A stretch of DNA of 64,000 nt, taken from Escherichia coli (GTDB lineage Bacteria > Pseudomonadota > Gammaproteobacteria > Enterobacterales > Enterobacteriaceae). The notes beneath the pieces are model-generated. The model saw nothing but the letters and a program-made list of their open reading frames with translations, did not search any database and was not told the origin of the DNA. The stretch lies in NCBI RefSeq assembly GCF_016903815.1, contig NZ_CP069973.1; one strand, given 5' to 3'. Position 1 is the first letter of the stretch. Every line of letters begins with the position of its first letter. The translations under genes were made by a program, and so were the position numbers. Of the stretch, positions 40,668 to 52,177 are shown one piece after another.

Positions 40668-41150
40668 ATGAAACTTCAGGTATTACCGTTAAGTCAGGAA
40701 GCCTTTAGTGCTTATGGCGACGTAATCGAAACGCAGCAACGGGATTTTTTCCATATTAACAATGGCCTGGTGGAGCGTTACCACGATTTGGCGCTGGTTG
40801 AGATTCTTGAGCAAGACCGTACGCTTATCAGCATTAACCGCGCGCAACCGGCGAATCTGCCGCTGACCATTCACGAACTCGAACGTCATCCGCTGGGTAC
40901 TCAGGCCTTTATCCCGATGAAAGGTGAAGTGTTTGTGGTGGTCGTGGCGTTAGGTGACGACAAACCAGACCTGTCAACGCTGCGGGCGTTTATCACCAAC
41001 GGTGAACAGGGGGTGAATTACCATCGTAACGTCTGGCATCACCCACTTTTCGCCTGGCAGCGCGTCACCGATTTTCTGACCATCGATCGCGGCGGCAGTG
41101 ACAACTGTGATGTTGAAAGTATTCCTGAACAGGAACTCTGTTTTGCGTGA
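40668..41150 (+). CDS. allA: Ureidoglycolate lyase
   Basis: 160 aa, [21 protein letters not shown]... Synteny supports the call. Confidence 0.95.
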
Positions 41151-41227
41151 CGCCTGCAACCGACTTGCATAAGATAAACTAATTGTTCATTGTTTATGCT
41201 CACTTGTAGGTCGGAGTTAACGTAGGT

Positions 41228-42043
41228 ATGACGGAAGTTAGACGGCGCGGCAGGCCAGGACAGGCGGAGCCTGTGGCACAGAAGGGCGCACAGGCGTTAG
41301 AGCGGGGAATTGCGATTCTGCAATATCTGGAAAAAAGTGGGGGAAGTTCGTCGGTTAGCGATATTTCTCTCAATCTGGATTTGCCGCTCTCCACGACCTT
41401 TCGCTTGCTGAAGGTTTTACAGGCAGCGGATTTTGTCTATCAGGACAGTCAGTTAGGCTGGTGGCATATAGGATTAGGTGTCTTTAACGTCGGTGCGGCG
41501 TACATCCATAACCGCGATGTCCTCTCCGTAGCCGGGCCGTTTATGCGCCGCCTGATGTTACTTTCCGGCGAAACGGTCAATGTCGCGATCCGTAACGGCA
41601 ATGAAGCGGTATTAATTGGTCAGTTAGAGTGTAAATCGATGGTCAGGATGTGTGCGCCGCTGGGCAGTCGTCTGCCGCTGCATGCTTCCGGAGCGGGCAA
41701 GGCGCTGCTTTATCCGCTGGCGGAAGAAGAGTTGATGAGCATCATTCTGCAAACCGGTTTGCAGCAGTTTACGCCAACGACGCTTGTGGATATGCCCACC
41801 TTGCTGAAGGACCTGGAACAAGCGCGTGAACTGGGCTATACCGTAGATAAAGAAGAGCATGTTGTCGGCCTGAATTGTATAGCTTCAGCAATTTACGATG
41901 ATGTCGGTAGTGTTGTTGCCGCTATCTCCATCTCCGGGCCTTCATCAAGACTGACAGAAGATCGTTTTGTCAGTCAGGGTGAGCTGGTCAGAGACACCGC
42001 CCGCGATATCAGCACGGCGTTGGGACTGAAAGCACATCCATAG
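41228..42043 (+). CDS. allR: IclR-family repressor of the allantoin regulon
   Basis: 271 aa with an IclR HTH and an effector domain. Synteny supports the call. Confidence 0.95.
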
Positions 42044-42055
42044 TGTCTGTCGCAT

Positions 42056-42080
42056 CCCGCTCTGCGGAGCGGGTTTTTTT
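42056..42080 (+). terminator. Rho-independent terminator after allR
   Basis: cccgctc-tgcg-gagcggg followed by ttttttt. Confidence 0.85.
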
Positions 42081-42095
42081 GACAAAATTTGAAAG

Positions 42096-42112
42096 TTGGA
42101 AAATTTTTCCAA
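42096..42112. promoter_or_regulatory. AllR operator-like palindrome upstream of gcl
   Basis: TTGGAAAATTTTTCCAA, read directly from the sequence, 21 nt upstream of the gcl ATG region. Confidence 0.8.
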
Positions 42113-42132
42113 TTAATAGAGGTAGGAATAAA

Positions 42133-43914
42133 ATGGCAAAAATGAGAGCCGTTGACGCGGCAATGTATGTGCTGGAGAAAGAAGGTATCACCACCGCCTT
42201 CGGCGTTCCGGGAGCTGCAATCAATCCGTTCTACTCAGCGATGCGTAAGCACGGTGGTATTCGTCACATTCTGGCGCGTCATGTGGAAGGTGCTTCGCAC
42301 ATGGCGGAAGGTTATACCCGCGCAACGGCAGGGAATATCGGCGTATGTCTGGGGACTTCCGGTCCTGCGGGCACGGACATGATCACCGCGCTCTATTCTG
42401 CTTCTGCTGATTCCATTCCTATTCTGTGTATTACCGGCCAGGCTCCGCGCGCCCGTCTGCATAAAGAAGATTTTCAGGCCGTAGATATTGAAGCAATTGC
42501 TAAACCGGTCAGCAAAATGGCGGTTACAGTTCGTGAAGCGGCGCTGGTGCCTCGCGTGCTGCAACAGGCATTTCACCTGATGCGTTCTGGTCGTCCGGGT
42601 CCGGTACTGGTGGATTTACCGTTCGACGTTCAGGTTGCGGAAATCGAGTTTGATCCTGACATGTACGAACCGCTGCCGGTCTACAAACCTGCTGCCAGCC
42701 GTATGCAGATCGAAAAAGCGGTAGAAATGTTAATTCAGGCCGAACGTCCGGTGATTGTTGCCGGGGGCGGGGTAATCAATGCTGACGCAGCTGCACTGTT
42801 ACAACAGTTTGCTGAACTGACCAGCGTTCCGGTGATCCCAACGCTGATGGGCTGGGGCTGTATCCCGGACGATCATGAACTGATGGCCGGGATGGTGGGT
42901 CTGCAAACCGCGCATCGTTACGGTAACGCAACGTTACTGGCGTCCGACATGGTGTTTGGTATCGGTAACCGTTTTGCGAACCGTCATACCGGTTCGGTAG
43001 AGAAATACACCGAAGGGCGCAAAATCGTTCATATCGATATTGAGCCGACGCAAATTGGCCGCGTGCTGTGTCCGGATCTGGGCATTGTCTCTGATGCTAA
43101 AGCGGCGCTGACGCTGCTGGTTGAAGTGGCGCAGGAGATGCAAAAAGCGGGTCGTCTGCCGTGTCGTAAAGAATGGGTCGCCGACTGCCAGCAGCGCAAA
43201 CGCACTTTGCTGCGCAAAACCCACTTCGACAATGTGCCGGTGAAACCGCAGCGCGTGTATGAAGAGATGAACAAAGCCTTTGGTCGCGATGTTTGTTATG
43301 TCACCACCATTGGCCTGTCACAAATCGCTGCGGCACAAATGCTACATGTCTTTAAAGACCGCCACTGGATCAACTGTGGGCAGGCAGGCCCGTTGGGCTG
43401 GACCATTCCGGCGGCGCTGGGCGTGTGTGCCGCTGATCCAGAGCGCAATGTGGTGGCGATTTCCGGTGACTTCGACTTCCAGTTCCTGATTGAAGAATTA
43501 GCCGTTGGCGCACAGTTCAACATTCCGTACATCCATGTACTGGTCAATAACGCCTATCTGGGTCTGATTCGCCAGTCGCAGCGCGCGTTTGATATGGATT
43601 ACTGCGTACAGCTCGCGTTCGAAAATATTAACTCCAGTGAAGTGAACGGTTACGGCGTCGACCACGTAAAAGTAGCGGAAGGTTTAGGTTGTAAAGCGAT
43701 TCGGGTCTTCAAACCGGAAGATATTGCACCAGCCTTTGAACAGGCGAAAGCCTTAATGGCGCAATATCGGGTACCGGTAGTCGTGGAAGTTATTCTCGAG
43801 CGTGTGACCAATATTTCGATGGGCAGCGAACTGGATAACGTCATGGAATTTGAAGATATCGCCGATAACGCAGTGGACGCACCGACTGAAACCTGCTTCA
43901 TGCACTATGAATAA
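42133..43914 (+). CDS. gcl: Glyoxylate carboligase (tartronate-semialdehyde synthase), ThDP-dependent
   Basis: [34 protein letters not shown]..., 593 aa from the ATG at 42133. The longer ORF from 42043 was rejected. Confidence 0.95.
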   Translation: MAKMRAVDAAMYVLEKEGITTAFGVPGAAINPFYSAMRKHGGIRHILARHVEGASHMAEGYTRATAGNIGVCLGTSGPAGTDMITALYSASADSIPILCITGQAPRARLHKEDFQAVDIEAIAKPVSKMAVTVREAALVPRVLQQAFHLMRSGRPGPVLVDLPFDVQVAEIEFDPDMYEPLPVYKPAASRMQIEKAVEMLIQAERPVIVAGGGVINADAAALLQQFAELTSVPVIPTLMGWGCIPDDHELMAGMVGLQTAHRYGNATLLASDMVFGIGNRFANRHTGSVEKYTEGRKIVHIDIEPTQIGRVLCPDLGIVSDAKAALTLLVEVAQEMQKAGRLPCRKEWVADCQQRKRTLLRKTHFDNVPVKPQRVYEEMNKAFGRDVCYVTTIGLSQIAAAQMLHVFKDRHWINCGQAGPLGWTIPAALGVCAADPERNVVAISGDFDFQFLIEELAVGAQFNIPYIHVLVNNAYLGLIRQSQRAFDMDYCVQLAFENINSSEVNGYGVDHVKVAEGLGCKAIRVFKPEDIAPAFEQAKALMAQYRVPVVVEVILERVTNISMGSELDNVMEFEDIADNAVDAPTETCFMHYE

Positions 43915-43926
43915 GGGAGATAAATA

Positions 43927-44703
43927 ATGTTACGTTTCTCTGCTAATTTATCGATGTTATTTGGTGAATATGATTTTCTCGCCCGTTTTGAGAAAGCTGC
44001 GCAGTGTGGTTTTCGCGGCGTTGAATTTATGTTTCCTTATGACTACGACATTGAAGAATTAAAACAGGTGCTGGCGAGTAATAAACTCGAACATACGCTG
44101 CACAATCTACCGGCGGGTGACTGGGCGGCGGGCGAGCGCGGTATTGCCTGTATTCCTGGCCGTGAAGAAGAGTTTCGGGATGGCGTAGCAGCAGCGATTC
44201 GTTATGCTCGTGCGCTGGGTAATAAAAAAATTAACTGTCTGGTCGGTAAAACGCCGGCTGGTTTCAGCAGTGAACAGATTCACGCAACGCTTGTAGAAAA
44301 CCTGCGTTATGCCGCGAATATGCTGATGAAAGAAGATATTTTATTACTGATTGAACCTATCAACCATTTTGATATTCCTGGTTTCCATCTCACCGGAACT
44401 CGGCAGGCGCTGAAATTGATTGATGATGTTGGTTGCTGCAATTTGAAAATTCAGTATGACATTTATCATATGCAGCGGATGGAAGGTGAATTAACCAACA
44501 CTATGACTCAATGGGCCGATAAAATTGGTCACCTGCAAATTGCCGATAATCCGCATCGCGGCGAACCGGGAACCGGAGAAATTAATTACGAATATCTCTT
44601 TACGGTAATTGAAAATTCTGACTACAACGGTTGGGTTGGGTGTGAATATAAACCCCAAACCACCACGGAAGCCGGTTTACGCTGGATGGATCCGTACCGT
44701 TAA
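43927..44703 (+). CDS. hyi: Hydroxypyruvate isomerase
   Basis: 258 aa with a TIM-barrel xylose-isomerase-like fold signature. Synteny supports the call. Confidence 0.95.
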   Translation: MLRFSANLSMLFGEYDFLARFEKAAQCGFRGVEFMFPYDYDIEELKQVLASNKLEHTLHNLPAGDWAAGERGIACIPGREEEFRDGVAAAIRYARALGNKKINCLVGKTPAGFSSEQIHATLVENLRYAANMLMKEDILLLIEPINHFDIPGFHLTGTRQALKLIDDVGCCNLKIQYDIYHMQRMEGELTNTMTQWADKIGHLQIADNPHRGEPGTGEINYEYLFTVIENSDYNGWVGCEYKPQTTTEAGLRWMDPYR

Positions 44704-44802
44704 AACGTAACGCTATTCAGACAATGCTTTTTTAGGCCGCTAAGTTGGCAGGGGATCGTGTTGTCTGAATTCAGGAAAAGCGAAATTTAAAAGAGGTTAA
44801 TT

Positions 44803-45681
44803 ATGAAACTGGGATTTATTGGCTTAGGCATTATGGGTACACCGATGGCCATTAATCTGGCGCGTGCCGGTCATCAACTGCATGTCACAACCATTGGTCC
44901 GGTTGCTGATGAATTACTGTCACTGGGTGCCGTTAGTGTTGAAACTGCGCGTTTGGTAACGGAAGCATCGGACATCATTTTTATTATGGTGCCGGATACG
45001 CCACAGGTTGAAGAAGTTCTGTTTGGTGAAAATGGTTGTACCAAAGCCTCGCTGAAGGGCAAAACCATTGTTGATACGAGCTCCATTTCCCCGATTGAAA
45101 CTAAGCGTTTCGCTCGTCAGGTGAATGAACTGGGCGGCGATTATCTCGATGCGCCAGTCTCCGGCGGTGAAATCGGCGCGCGTGAAGGGACGTTGTCGAT
45201 TATGGTTGGCGGTGACGAAGCGGTATTTGAACGTGTTAAACCGCTGTTTGAACTGCTCGGTAAAAATATCACCCTCGTGGGCGGTAACGGTGACGGTCAA
45301 ACCTGCAAAGTGGCAAATCAGATTATCGTGGCGCTCAATATTGAAGCGGTTTCTGAAGCCCTGCTGTTTGCTTCAAAAGCCGGTGCAGATCCGGTACGTG
45401 TGCGCCAGGCGCTGATGGGCGGCTTTGCTTCCTCACGTATTCTGGAAGTTCACGGTGAGCGCATGATTAAACGCACCTTTAATCCAGGTTTTAAAATTGC
45501 GCTGCACCAGAAAGATCTCAACCTGGCACTGCAAAGTGCGAAAGCACTGGCGCTGAACCTGCCAAACACCGCGACCTGCCAGGAATTGTTTAATACCTGT
45601 GCGGCAAACGGTGGCAGCCAGTTGGATCACTCTGCGTTAGTGCAGGCGCTGGAATTAATGGCTAACCATAAACTGGCCTGA
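44803..45681 (+). CDS. glxR: Tartronate semialdehyde reductase 2
   Basis: 292 aa with the N-terminal Rossmann motif GFIGLGIMG. Synteny supports the call. Confidence 0.95.
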   Translation: MKLGFIGLGIMGTPMAINLARAGHQLHVTTIGPVADELLSLGAVSVETARLVTEASDIIFIMVPDTPQVEEVLFGENGCTKASLKGKTIVDTSSISPIETKRFARQVNELGGDYLDAPVSGGEIGAREGTLSIMVGGDEAVFERVKPLFELLGKNITLVGGNGDGQTCKVANQIIVALNIEAVSEALLFASKAGADPVRVRQALMGGFASSRILEVHGERMIKRTFNPGFKIALHQKDLNLALQSAKALALNLPNTATCQELFNTCAANGGSQLDHSALVQALELMANHKLA

Positions 45682-45850
45682 TACCCGCAATAAAAATGGC
45701 CGATATCAGAAAATGAATCGGCCAGCAATATTAAAAAAAGAAAGCAGCCAAAGATGTTGCTTCAGTATTAAAAATAATATTTTTATTTTATTTGTTCCTC
45801 ATAGCTAGATTAAAAAGACGTTATTCGATACGTGAAATTAAGAGGGATTT

Positions 45851-47305
45851 ATGGAACATCAGAGAAAACTATTCCAGCAACGCGGCTATAGCGAAGATCT
45901 ATTGCCGAAAACGCAAAGCCAGCGGACCTGGAAAACATTTAACTATTTTACCTTATGGATGGGTTCGGTTCATAACGTTCCCAATTATGTGATGGTCGGC
46001 GGCTTTTTTATTCTCGGCTTGTCTACCTTTAGTATTATGCTGGCAATTATCCTCAGCGCCTTTTTCATTGCCGCGGTAATGGTATTAAACGGTGCTGCGG
46101 GCAGTAAATACGGTGTGCCTTTTGCCATGATCCTGCGTGCTTCTTACGGCGTACGTGGTGCACTGTTTCCCGGATTATTAAGAGGCGGGATTGCTGCCAT
46201 TATGTGGTTTGGCCTGCAATGTTACGCTGGATCGCTGGCCTGCTTGATCCTGATTGGCAAAATCTGGCCGGGATTTTTAACTCTCGGTGGTGATTTTACC
46301 CTGTTAGGGCTTTCTCTACCGGGCTTAATTACTTTCTTACTCTTCTGGCTGGTCAACGTTGGTATAGGTTTTGGCGGTGGCAAAGTTTTAAATAAATTCA
46401 CTGCCATTCTTAACCCGTGCATCTATATCGTTTTCGGCGGTATGGCGATTTGGGCGATTTCGCTGGTCGGGCTCGGTCCAATCTTTGACTACATTCCGAG
46501 CGGTATTCAGAAAGCAGAAAACAGTGGCTTCCTGTTCCTGGTGGTGATTAACGCGGTAGTTGCGGTCTGGGCGGCACCGGCGGTGAGCGCATCCGACTTT
46601 ACGCAAAATGCCCACTCGTTTCGTGAGCAGGCGCTGGGGCAAACGCTCGGTTTAGTTGTGGCCTATATTCTGTTTGCGGTCGCCGGGGTATGTATTATTG
46701 CCGGAGCCAGTATTCACTACGGCGCTGACACCTGGAACGTGCTGGATATTGTTCAGCGTTGGGATAGCCTGTTTGCCTCGTTCTTTGCGGTACTGGTTAT
46801 TCTGATGACGACTATCTCTACTAACGCCACCGGTAATATTATTCCGGCTGGTTATCAGATTGCCGCCATTGCACCGACGAAACTGACCTATAAAAACGGC
46901 GTACTGATTGCCAGTATTATCAGCCTGCTGATCTGCCCGTGGAAATTAATGGAAAATCAGGACAGTATTTATCTGTTCCTCGATATTATCGGCGGGATGC
47001 TGGGTCCGGTAATTGGTGTCATGATGGCGCATTATTTTGTGGTGATGCGTGGGCAAATTAATCTTGATGAACTGTACACCGCACCTGGCGATTATAAATA
47101 TTACGATAACGGTTTTAACCTCACTGCGTTTTCAGTAACTCTGGTGGCCGTTATTTTATCTCTTGGCGGTAAGTTTATTCCCTTTATGGAACCGTTATCT
47201 CGTGTTTCATGGTTTGTCGGCGTCATCGTCGCCTTTGCGGCCTACGCCTTATTAAAGAAACGTACTACAGCAGAAAAAACAGGAGAACAAAAAGTCACAG
47301 GTTAA
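45851..47305 (+). CDS. ybbW: NCS1-family allantoin permease
   Basis: 484 aa, 12-TM. Synteny between glxR and allB supports the call. Confidence 0.92.
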   Translation: MEHQRKLFQQRGYSEDLLPKTQSQRTWKTFNYFTLWMGSVHNVPNYVMVGGFFILGLSTFSIMLAIILSAFFIAAVMVLNGAAGSKYGVPFAMILRASYGVRGALFPGLLRGGIAAIMWFGLQCYAGSLACLILIGKIWPGFLTLGGDFTLLGLSLPGLITFLLFWLVNVGIGFGGGKVLNKFTAILNPCIYIVFGGMAIWAISLVGLGPIFDYIPSGIQKAENSGFLFLVVINAVVAVWAAPAVSASDFTQNAHSFREQALGQTLGLVVAYILFAVAGVCIIAGASIHYGADTWNVLDIVQRWDSLFASFFAVLVILMTTISTNATGNIIPAGYQIAAIAPTKLTYKNGVLIASIISLLICPWKLMENQDSIYLFLDIIGGMLGPVIGVMMAHYFVVMRGQINLDELYTAPGDYKYYDNGFNLTAFSVTLVAVILSLGGKFIPFMEPLSRVSWFVGVIVAFAAYALLKKRTTAEKTGEQKVTG

Positions 47306-47365
47306 TTAATCCCGATATTGAACATTGAGTTAAAAAACCAATCTGTATTTTACAAGGAGTTTGTT

Positions 47366-48727
47366 ATGTCTTTTGATTTAATCATTAAAAACGGCACTGT
47401 TATTTTAGAAAACGAAGCTCGCGTTGTAGATATCGCCGTTAAAGGCGGAAAAATTGCTGCTATCGGTCAGGATCTGGGCGATGCAAAAGAAGTTATGGAT
47501 GCGTCTGGTCTGGTGGTTTCGCCAGGCATGGTTGATGCGCACACCCATATTTCTGAACCGGGTCGTAGCCACTGGGAAGGTTATGAAACCGGTACTCGCG
47601 CAGCGGCAAAAGGTGGTATCACCACCATGATCGAAATGCCGCTCAACCAGCTGCCTGCAACGGTTGACCGCGCTTCAATTGAACTGAAGTTCGATGCCGC
47701 TAAAGGCAAGCTGACTATCGATGCGGCACAACTCGGTGGCCTGGTGTCTTACAACATCGACCGTCTGCATGAGCTGGATGAAGTGGGCGTTGTCGGCTTC
47801 AAATGCTTCGTCGCAACCTGTGGCGATCGCGGTATCGACAACGACTTCCGTGATGTAAACGACTGGCAGTTCTTCAAAGGTGCGCAGAAGCTGGGCGAAC
47901 TGGGGCAGCCGGTGCTGGTGCACTGCGAAAACGCGCTGATCTGTGATGCACTGGGCGAAGAAGCGAAAAGTGAAGGTCGCGTAACTGCCCATGACTATGT
48001 GGCTTCGCGTCCGGTATTTACCGAAGTGGAAGCGATTCGCCGCGTACTGTACCTGGCGAAAGTTGCCGGTTGCCGTCTGCACATTTGCCATATCAGCAGC
48101 CCGGAAGGCGTTGAGGAAGTGACTCGTGCACGTCAGGAAGGTCAGGACGTTACTTGTGAATCCTGCCCGCATTACTTTGTACTGGATACCGATCAGTTCG
48201 AAGAAATCGGTACTCTGGCAAAGTGTTCACCGCCGATCCGCGATCTGGAAAACCAGAAAGGCATGTGGGAAAAACTGTTTAACGGTGAAATCGACTGCCT
48301 GGTTTCCGACCACTCGCCATGCCCGCCGGAAATGAAAGCCGGCAACATCATGGAAGCATGGGGCGGTATTGCCGGTCTGCAAAACTGTATGGACGTGATG
48401 TTCGATGAAGCGGTACAGAAACGCGGTATGTCTCTGCCGATGTTCGGCAAATTAATGGCGACTAACGCAGCAGATGTTTTCGGTCTGCAGCAAAAAGGCC
48501 GTATCGCCCCAGGAAAAGATGCCGACTTCGTCTTCATTCAGCCGAATAGCAGCTATGTTCTTACCAATGACGATCTGGAATATCGCCACAAAGTCAGCCC
48601 GTATGTTGGCCGTACCATTGGCGCGCGTATCATGAAAACCATCTTACGTGGTGATGTGATTTACGACATTGAACAGGGCTTCCCTGTTGCGCCGAAAGGT
48701 CAATTTATCCTTAAACATCAGCAGTAA
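47366..48727 (+). CDS. allB: Allantoinase
   Basis: [34 protein letters not shown]..., 453 aa, with the amidohydrolase HxH motif (DAHTH). Confidence 0.95.
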   Translation: MSFDLIIKNGTVILENEARVVDIAVKGGKIAAIGQDLGDAKEVMDASGLVVSPGMVDAHTHISEPGRSHWEGYETGTRAAAKGGITTMIEMPLNQLPATVDRASIELKFDAAKGKLTIDAAQLGGLVSYNIDRLHELDEVGVVGFKCFVATCGDRGIDNDFRDVNDWQFFKGAQKLGELGQPVLVHCENALICDALGEEAKSEGRVTAHDYVASRPVFTEVEAIRRVLYLAKVAGCRLHICHISSPEGVEEVTRARQEGQDVTCESCPHYFVLDTDQFEEIGTLAKCSPPIRDLENQKGMWEKLFNGEIDCLVSDHSPCPPEMKAGNIMEAWGGIAGLQNCMDVMFDEAVQKRGMSLPMFGKLMATNAADVFGLQQKGRIAPGKDADFVFIQPNSSYVLTNDDLEYRHKVSPYVGRTIGARIMKTILRGDVIYDIEQGFPVAPKGQFILKHQQ

Positions 48728-48783
48728 TCTGGCCCCTGCAATGCCCGTCCTTGCGGCGGGCATTCTCCGGTTAAGGTGTGTTT

Positions 48784-50085
48784 ATGTTCAATTTTGCAGT
48801 CAGCCGCGAAAGCCTGTTATCAGGATTTCAGTGGTTTTTCTTTATTTTTTGCAACACGGTTGTGGTTCCTCCTACGCTACTTTCTGCTTTTCAGTTGCCG
48901 CAAAGTAGCCTGCTTACGCTCACGCAATATGCTTTTCTTGCTACTGCACTGGCCTGCTTCGCTCAGGCGTTCTGCGGTCATCGTCGCGCTATTATGGAAG
49001 GGCCGGGTGGCCTGTGGTGGGGAACCATCCTTACTATCACCCTTGGCGAAGCATCGCGCGGGACACCGATCAACGATATCGCTACCAGCCTGGCGGTGGG
49101 AATTGCGCTCTCTGGCGTGCTGACGATGTTGATTGGTTTTAGCGGATTAGGTCATCGTCTGGCGCGGTTATTTACGCCGTCGGTGATGGTCTTGTTTATG
49201 TTGATGCTGGGCGCGCAGCTGACCACTATCTTTTTCAAAGGTATGCTCGGGCTGCCGTTTGGCATAGCCGACCCGAATTTTAAAATTCAGTTACCGTCGT
49301 TCGCGCTTTCGGTCGCGGTGATGTGCCTGGTACTGGCGATGATTATCTTTCTGCCGCAACGTTTTGCCCGTTATGGCCTGCTGGTCGGTACGATAACCGG
49401 CTGGTTGTTGTGGTACTTTTGCTTTCCTTCTTCGCATTCGCTCTCCGGTGAGTTGCACTGGCAGTGGTTCCCGCTCGGCAGTGGCGGTGCTTTGTCGCCG
49501 GGGATTATTCTGACGGCGGTGATTACAGGTCTGGTTAATATCAGCAATACCTACGGTGCGATTCGGGGCACGGATGTTTTTTATCCGCAGCAGGGCGCGG
49601 GGAATACGCGTTATCGTCGTAGCTTTGTGGCGACCGGATTTATGACGCTGATAACCGTACCGCTGGCGGTAATTCCATTTTCACCGTTTGTTTCATCCAT
49701 TGGTTTATTAACCCAGACTGGCGATTACACGCGGCGTTCGTTTATTTATGGCAGCGTTATTTGCCTGCTGGTGGCGCTGGTTCCGGCACTCACGCGTCTG
49801 TTTTGCAGTATCCCCTTACCAGTGAGTAGCGCGGTCATGCTGGTTTCTTATCTGCCTTTACTCTTTTCGGCGCTGGTGTTTAGCCAGCAAATAACCTTTA
49901 CCGCTCGCAATATTTATCGACTCGCATTGCCGTTATTTGTCGGCATATTTTTAATGGCATTACCGCCTGTGTATCTGCAAGACCTTCCATTAACGCTTCG
50001 TCCTCTGCTCAGTAACGGCTTACTGGTCGGAATTTTACTGGCTGTTCTTATGGATAATCTTATTCCGTGGGAACGCATCGAATAA
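48784..50085 (+). CDS. ybbY: Putative purine/xanthine-uracil family permease
   Basis: MFNFAVSRESLLSGFQWFFFIF..., 433 aa, polytopic. Confidence 0.9.
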   Translation: MFNFAVSRESLLSGFQWFFFIFCNTVVVPPTLLSAFQLPQSSLLTLTQYAFLATALACFAQAFCGHRRAIMEGPGGLWWGTILTITLGEASRGTPINDIATSLAVGIALSGVLTMLIGFSGLGHRLARLFTPSVMVLFMLMLGAQLTTIFFKGMLGLPFGIADPNFKIQLPSFALSVAVMCLVLAMIIFLPQRFARYGLLVGTITGWLLWYFCFPSSHSLSGELHWQWFPLGSGGALSPGIILTAVITGLVNISNTYGAIRGTDVFYPQQGAGNTRYRRSFVATGFMTLITVPLAVIPFSPFVSSIGLLTQTGDYTRRSFIYGSVICLLVALVPALTRLFCSIPLPVSSAVMLVSYLPLLFSALVFSQQITFTARNIYRLALPLFVGIFLMALPPVYLQDLPLTLRPLLSNGLLVGILLAVLMDNLIPWERIE

Positions 50086-50106
50086 TTTGTTGAAAAAGGA
50101 TTGATA

Positions 50107-51252
50107 ATGAAGATTGTCATTGCGCCAGACTCTTTTAAAGAGAGCTTAAGTGCAGAAAAATGTTGTCAGGCAATTAAAGCTGGGTTTTCGACCGTCTTTC
50201 CCGATGCGCACTATATCTGTTTGCCGATAGCGGATGGCGGCGAAGGAACGGTGGATGCGATGGTCGCCGCGACGGGCGGCAACATTGTGACGCTTGAAGT
50301 CTGTGGGCCGATTGGCGAAAAAGTGAATGCTTTTTATGGTCTTACCGGCGACGGGAAAACGGTGGTGATTGAGATGGCGGCAGCAAGCGGCCTGATGCTA
50401 GTCGCGCCTGAAAAGCGTAATCCGTTGCTGGCGTCAAGTTTTGGCACCGGAGAGCTGATTCGTCATGCGCTGGATAACGGCATTCGCCATATTATTCTCG
50501 GCATTGGCGGCAGTGCGACGGTCGACGGCGGTATGGGCATGGCGCAGGCGCTTGGTGTGCGTTTCCTTGATGCCGACGGTCAGGTGCTGGCGGCTAACGG
50601 CGGCAATTTAGCACGCGTGGCAAGTATTGAGATGGATGAATGCGATCCGCGTCTGGCAAATTGTCATATCGAAGTGGCGTGTGATGTTGATAACCCGCTG
50701 GTGGGGCCACGCGGTGCGGCGGCGGTGTTTGGTCCGCAAAAAGGGGCAACGCCGGAAATGGTCGAAGAGCTGGAACAGGGGCTGCAAAATTTCGCCCGCG
50801 TTTTACAACAGCAAACGGAAATCAACGTCTGCCAGATGGCGGGCGGCGGCGCGGCGGGCGGGATGGGTATTGCGGCGGCGGTATTCCTCAATGCGGATAT
50901 TAAACCGGGTATTGAGATTGTACTGCGGGCAGTCAACCTGGAGCAGGCGGTGCAGGGTGCAGCGCTGGTGATCACCGGGGAAGGGCGCATCGACTCGCAA
51001 ACGGCAGGTGGTAAAGCGCCGCTGGGCGTGGCGTCGGTGGCGAAGCAGTTTAATGTCCCGGTGATTGGGATTGCTGGCGTATTGGGTGATGGCGTGGAAG
51101 TGGTGCACCAGTACGGCATTGACGCGGTGTTCAGCATTTTGCCACGTCTGGCACCTTTAGCCGAAGTGCTCGCCAGCGGTGAAACCAATCTCTTCAACAG
51201 CGCACGAAATATTGCCTGCGCCATTAAAATAGGTCAGGGAATTAAAAACTGA
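50107..51252 (+). CDS. glxK: Glycerate kinase II
   Basis: [27 protein letters not shown]..., 381 aa. Confidence 0.95.
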   Translation: MKIVIAPDSFKESLSAEKCCQAIKAGFSTVFPDAHYICLPIADGGEGTVDAMVAATGGNIVTLEVCGPIGEKVNAFYGLTGDGKTVVIEMAAASGLMLVAPEKRNPLLASSFGTGELIRHALDNGIRHIILGIGGSATVDGGMGMAQALGVRFLDADGQVLAANGGNLARVASIEMDECDPRLANCHIEVACDVDNPLVGPRGAAAVFGPQKGATPEMVEELEQGLQNFARVLQQQTEINVCQMAGGGAAGGMGIAAAVFLNADIKPGIEIVLRAVNLEQAVQGAALVITGEGRIDSQTAGGKAPLGVASVAKQFNVPVIGIAGVLGDGVEVVHQYGIDAVFSILPRLAPLAEVLASGETNLFNSARNIACAIKIGQGIKN

Positions 51253-51267
51253 CTCTTGCCATTAGAG

Positions 51268-51297
51268 CGGATGCATTTTATCCCGCATCCGTTTTTT
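51268..51297 (+). terminator. Rho-independent terminator after glxK
   Basis: cggatgc-attttatccc-gcatccg followed by tttttt. Confidence 0.8.
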
Positions 51298-51312
51298 ACC
51301 TGAATTTACCGC

Positions 51313-51339
51313 AAAAAAAGCCACGGTATAAACCGTGGC
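51313..51339 (-). terminator. Rho-independent terminator after allE (minus strand)
   Basis: On the minus strand, gccacggt-ttat-accgtggc is followed by ttttttt. Confidence 0.8.
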
Positions 51340-51381
51340 AAAATCCAACATAGCTAAAAATAATCAGGCGAGTGGTATGAC

Positions 51382-52167
51382 TTAAATCTCTACGTCGCGG
51401 TTGCAATCTTTTGAGTAAATATAACTAAACGCTTCACCACGCCCTACGCCATAACCGGCCTGTAAGGAATAAGCGCCCATAAAGATGTAATCGCCTTTTT
51501 TCACCGGGATCCAGTTATTGTCGAGGTTATAAACCCCCTGACCGGAAAGAATATAGGCACCGTGTTCCTGGACGTGAGTTTCGATATAACCGTGGCTGGC
51601 ACCTGGCGCAAAAGAGAGGATATGCATGTTCATATCAAAACCTAACTCTTTGGGCAGAAAATCCAGCAGAATAACATCGTCCATGCCTTCATAATGAATG
51701 CGTTCGAGTTCGCTGGCATTGCCAGAAACTAGCCACGGCGCATGACCTTCTACCGGAACATAGCGACGCTTATATAAAAAGATTTGGCTGTCTTCGGCCT
51801 GGGCGTTAACAAACGTCATTAAGGAGCCTGGTGGGCAATAAAGATAGCCACCTTCGCTTAAGGCAAATGTTTTATCTTCGGCTTTGGCAGTGATATTTCC
51901 AGAGATCACATACAGGAACGTTTCAATGCCTTCGCCCCCGAAGCCCTGTTGGTTGCCACCGTTTTGATGCAGTGTGACCAGATAATCAACAAAAGAGGCC
52001 CCCAGCTTTGGCGTGGAGAGGATTGTCGCGTCACAATTTTCAAAGCCAGGAATAATATTTTTTACCAGACCATCCGGGGTTAACAGCGCGAAATTACCGT
52101 GTTTAACAATCGCACGGTTAGCCAGTAAATCATCGCGGTAACCGGTGACGTTATTTAAATATCCCAT
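51382..52167 (-). CDS. allE: (S)-ureidoglycine aminohydrolase (bicupin)
   Basis: 261 aa, MGYLNNVTGYRDDLLANRAIVKHGNFALLTPDGLV... Synteny (ylbA) supports the call. Confidence 0.93.
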   Translation of the reverse strand: MGYLNNVTGYRDDLLANRAIVKHGNFALLTPDGLVKNIIPGFENCDATILSTPKLGASFVDYLVTLHQNGGNQQGFGGEGIETFLYVISGNITAKAEDKTFALSEGGYLYCPPGSLMTFVNAQAEDSQIFLYKRRYVPVEGHAPWLVSGNASELERIHYEGMDDVILLDFLPKELGFDMNMHILSFAPGASHGYIETHVQEHGAYILSGQGVYNLDNNWIPVKKGDYIFMGAYSLQAGYGVGRGEAFSYIYSKDCNRDVEI

Positions 52168-52177
52168 TTATAACTCC

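Noticed and set aside
42043..42132. N-terminal extensions offered by the ORF track for gcl. The same issue affects allB (47318), ylbF (57655), tesA (28433), cnoX (26953), purE (61206), allC (53431), fetB (25194), glxK (50101) and ybbY (48778).
   Set aside because: The extensions run through terminators or operators, or through the upstream gene. Internal ATG codons reproduce the N-termini I recall for the E. coli proteins and have better RBS spacing.
44716..44768. A 9-bp inverted repeat (ttcagacaa ... ttgtctgaa) in the hyi-glxR spacer, considered as a possible regulatory RNA structure
   Set aside because: The arms are ~35 nt apart, there is no flanking U-run, and I cannot test conservation here. 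The evidence is too weak to call.
45792..45992. A 66-aa ORF upstream of and overlapping the ybbW start (ybbV-like position)
   Set aside because: It has no convincing RBS and a basic, low-complexity translation. It also overlaps the well-supported ybbW start at 45851.
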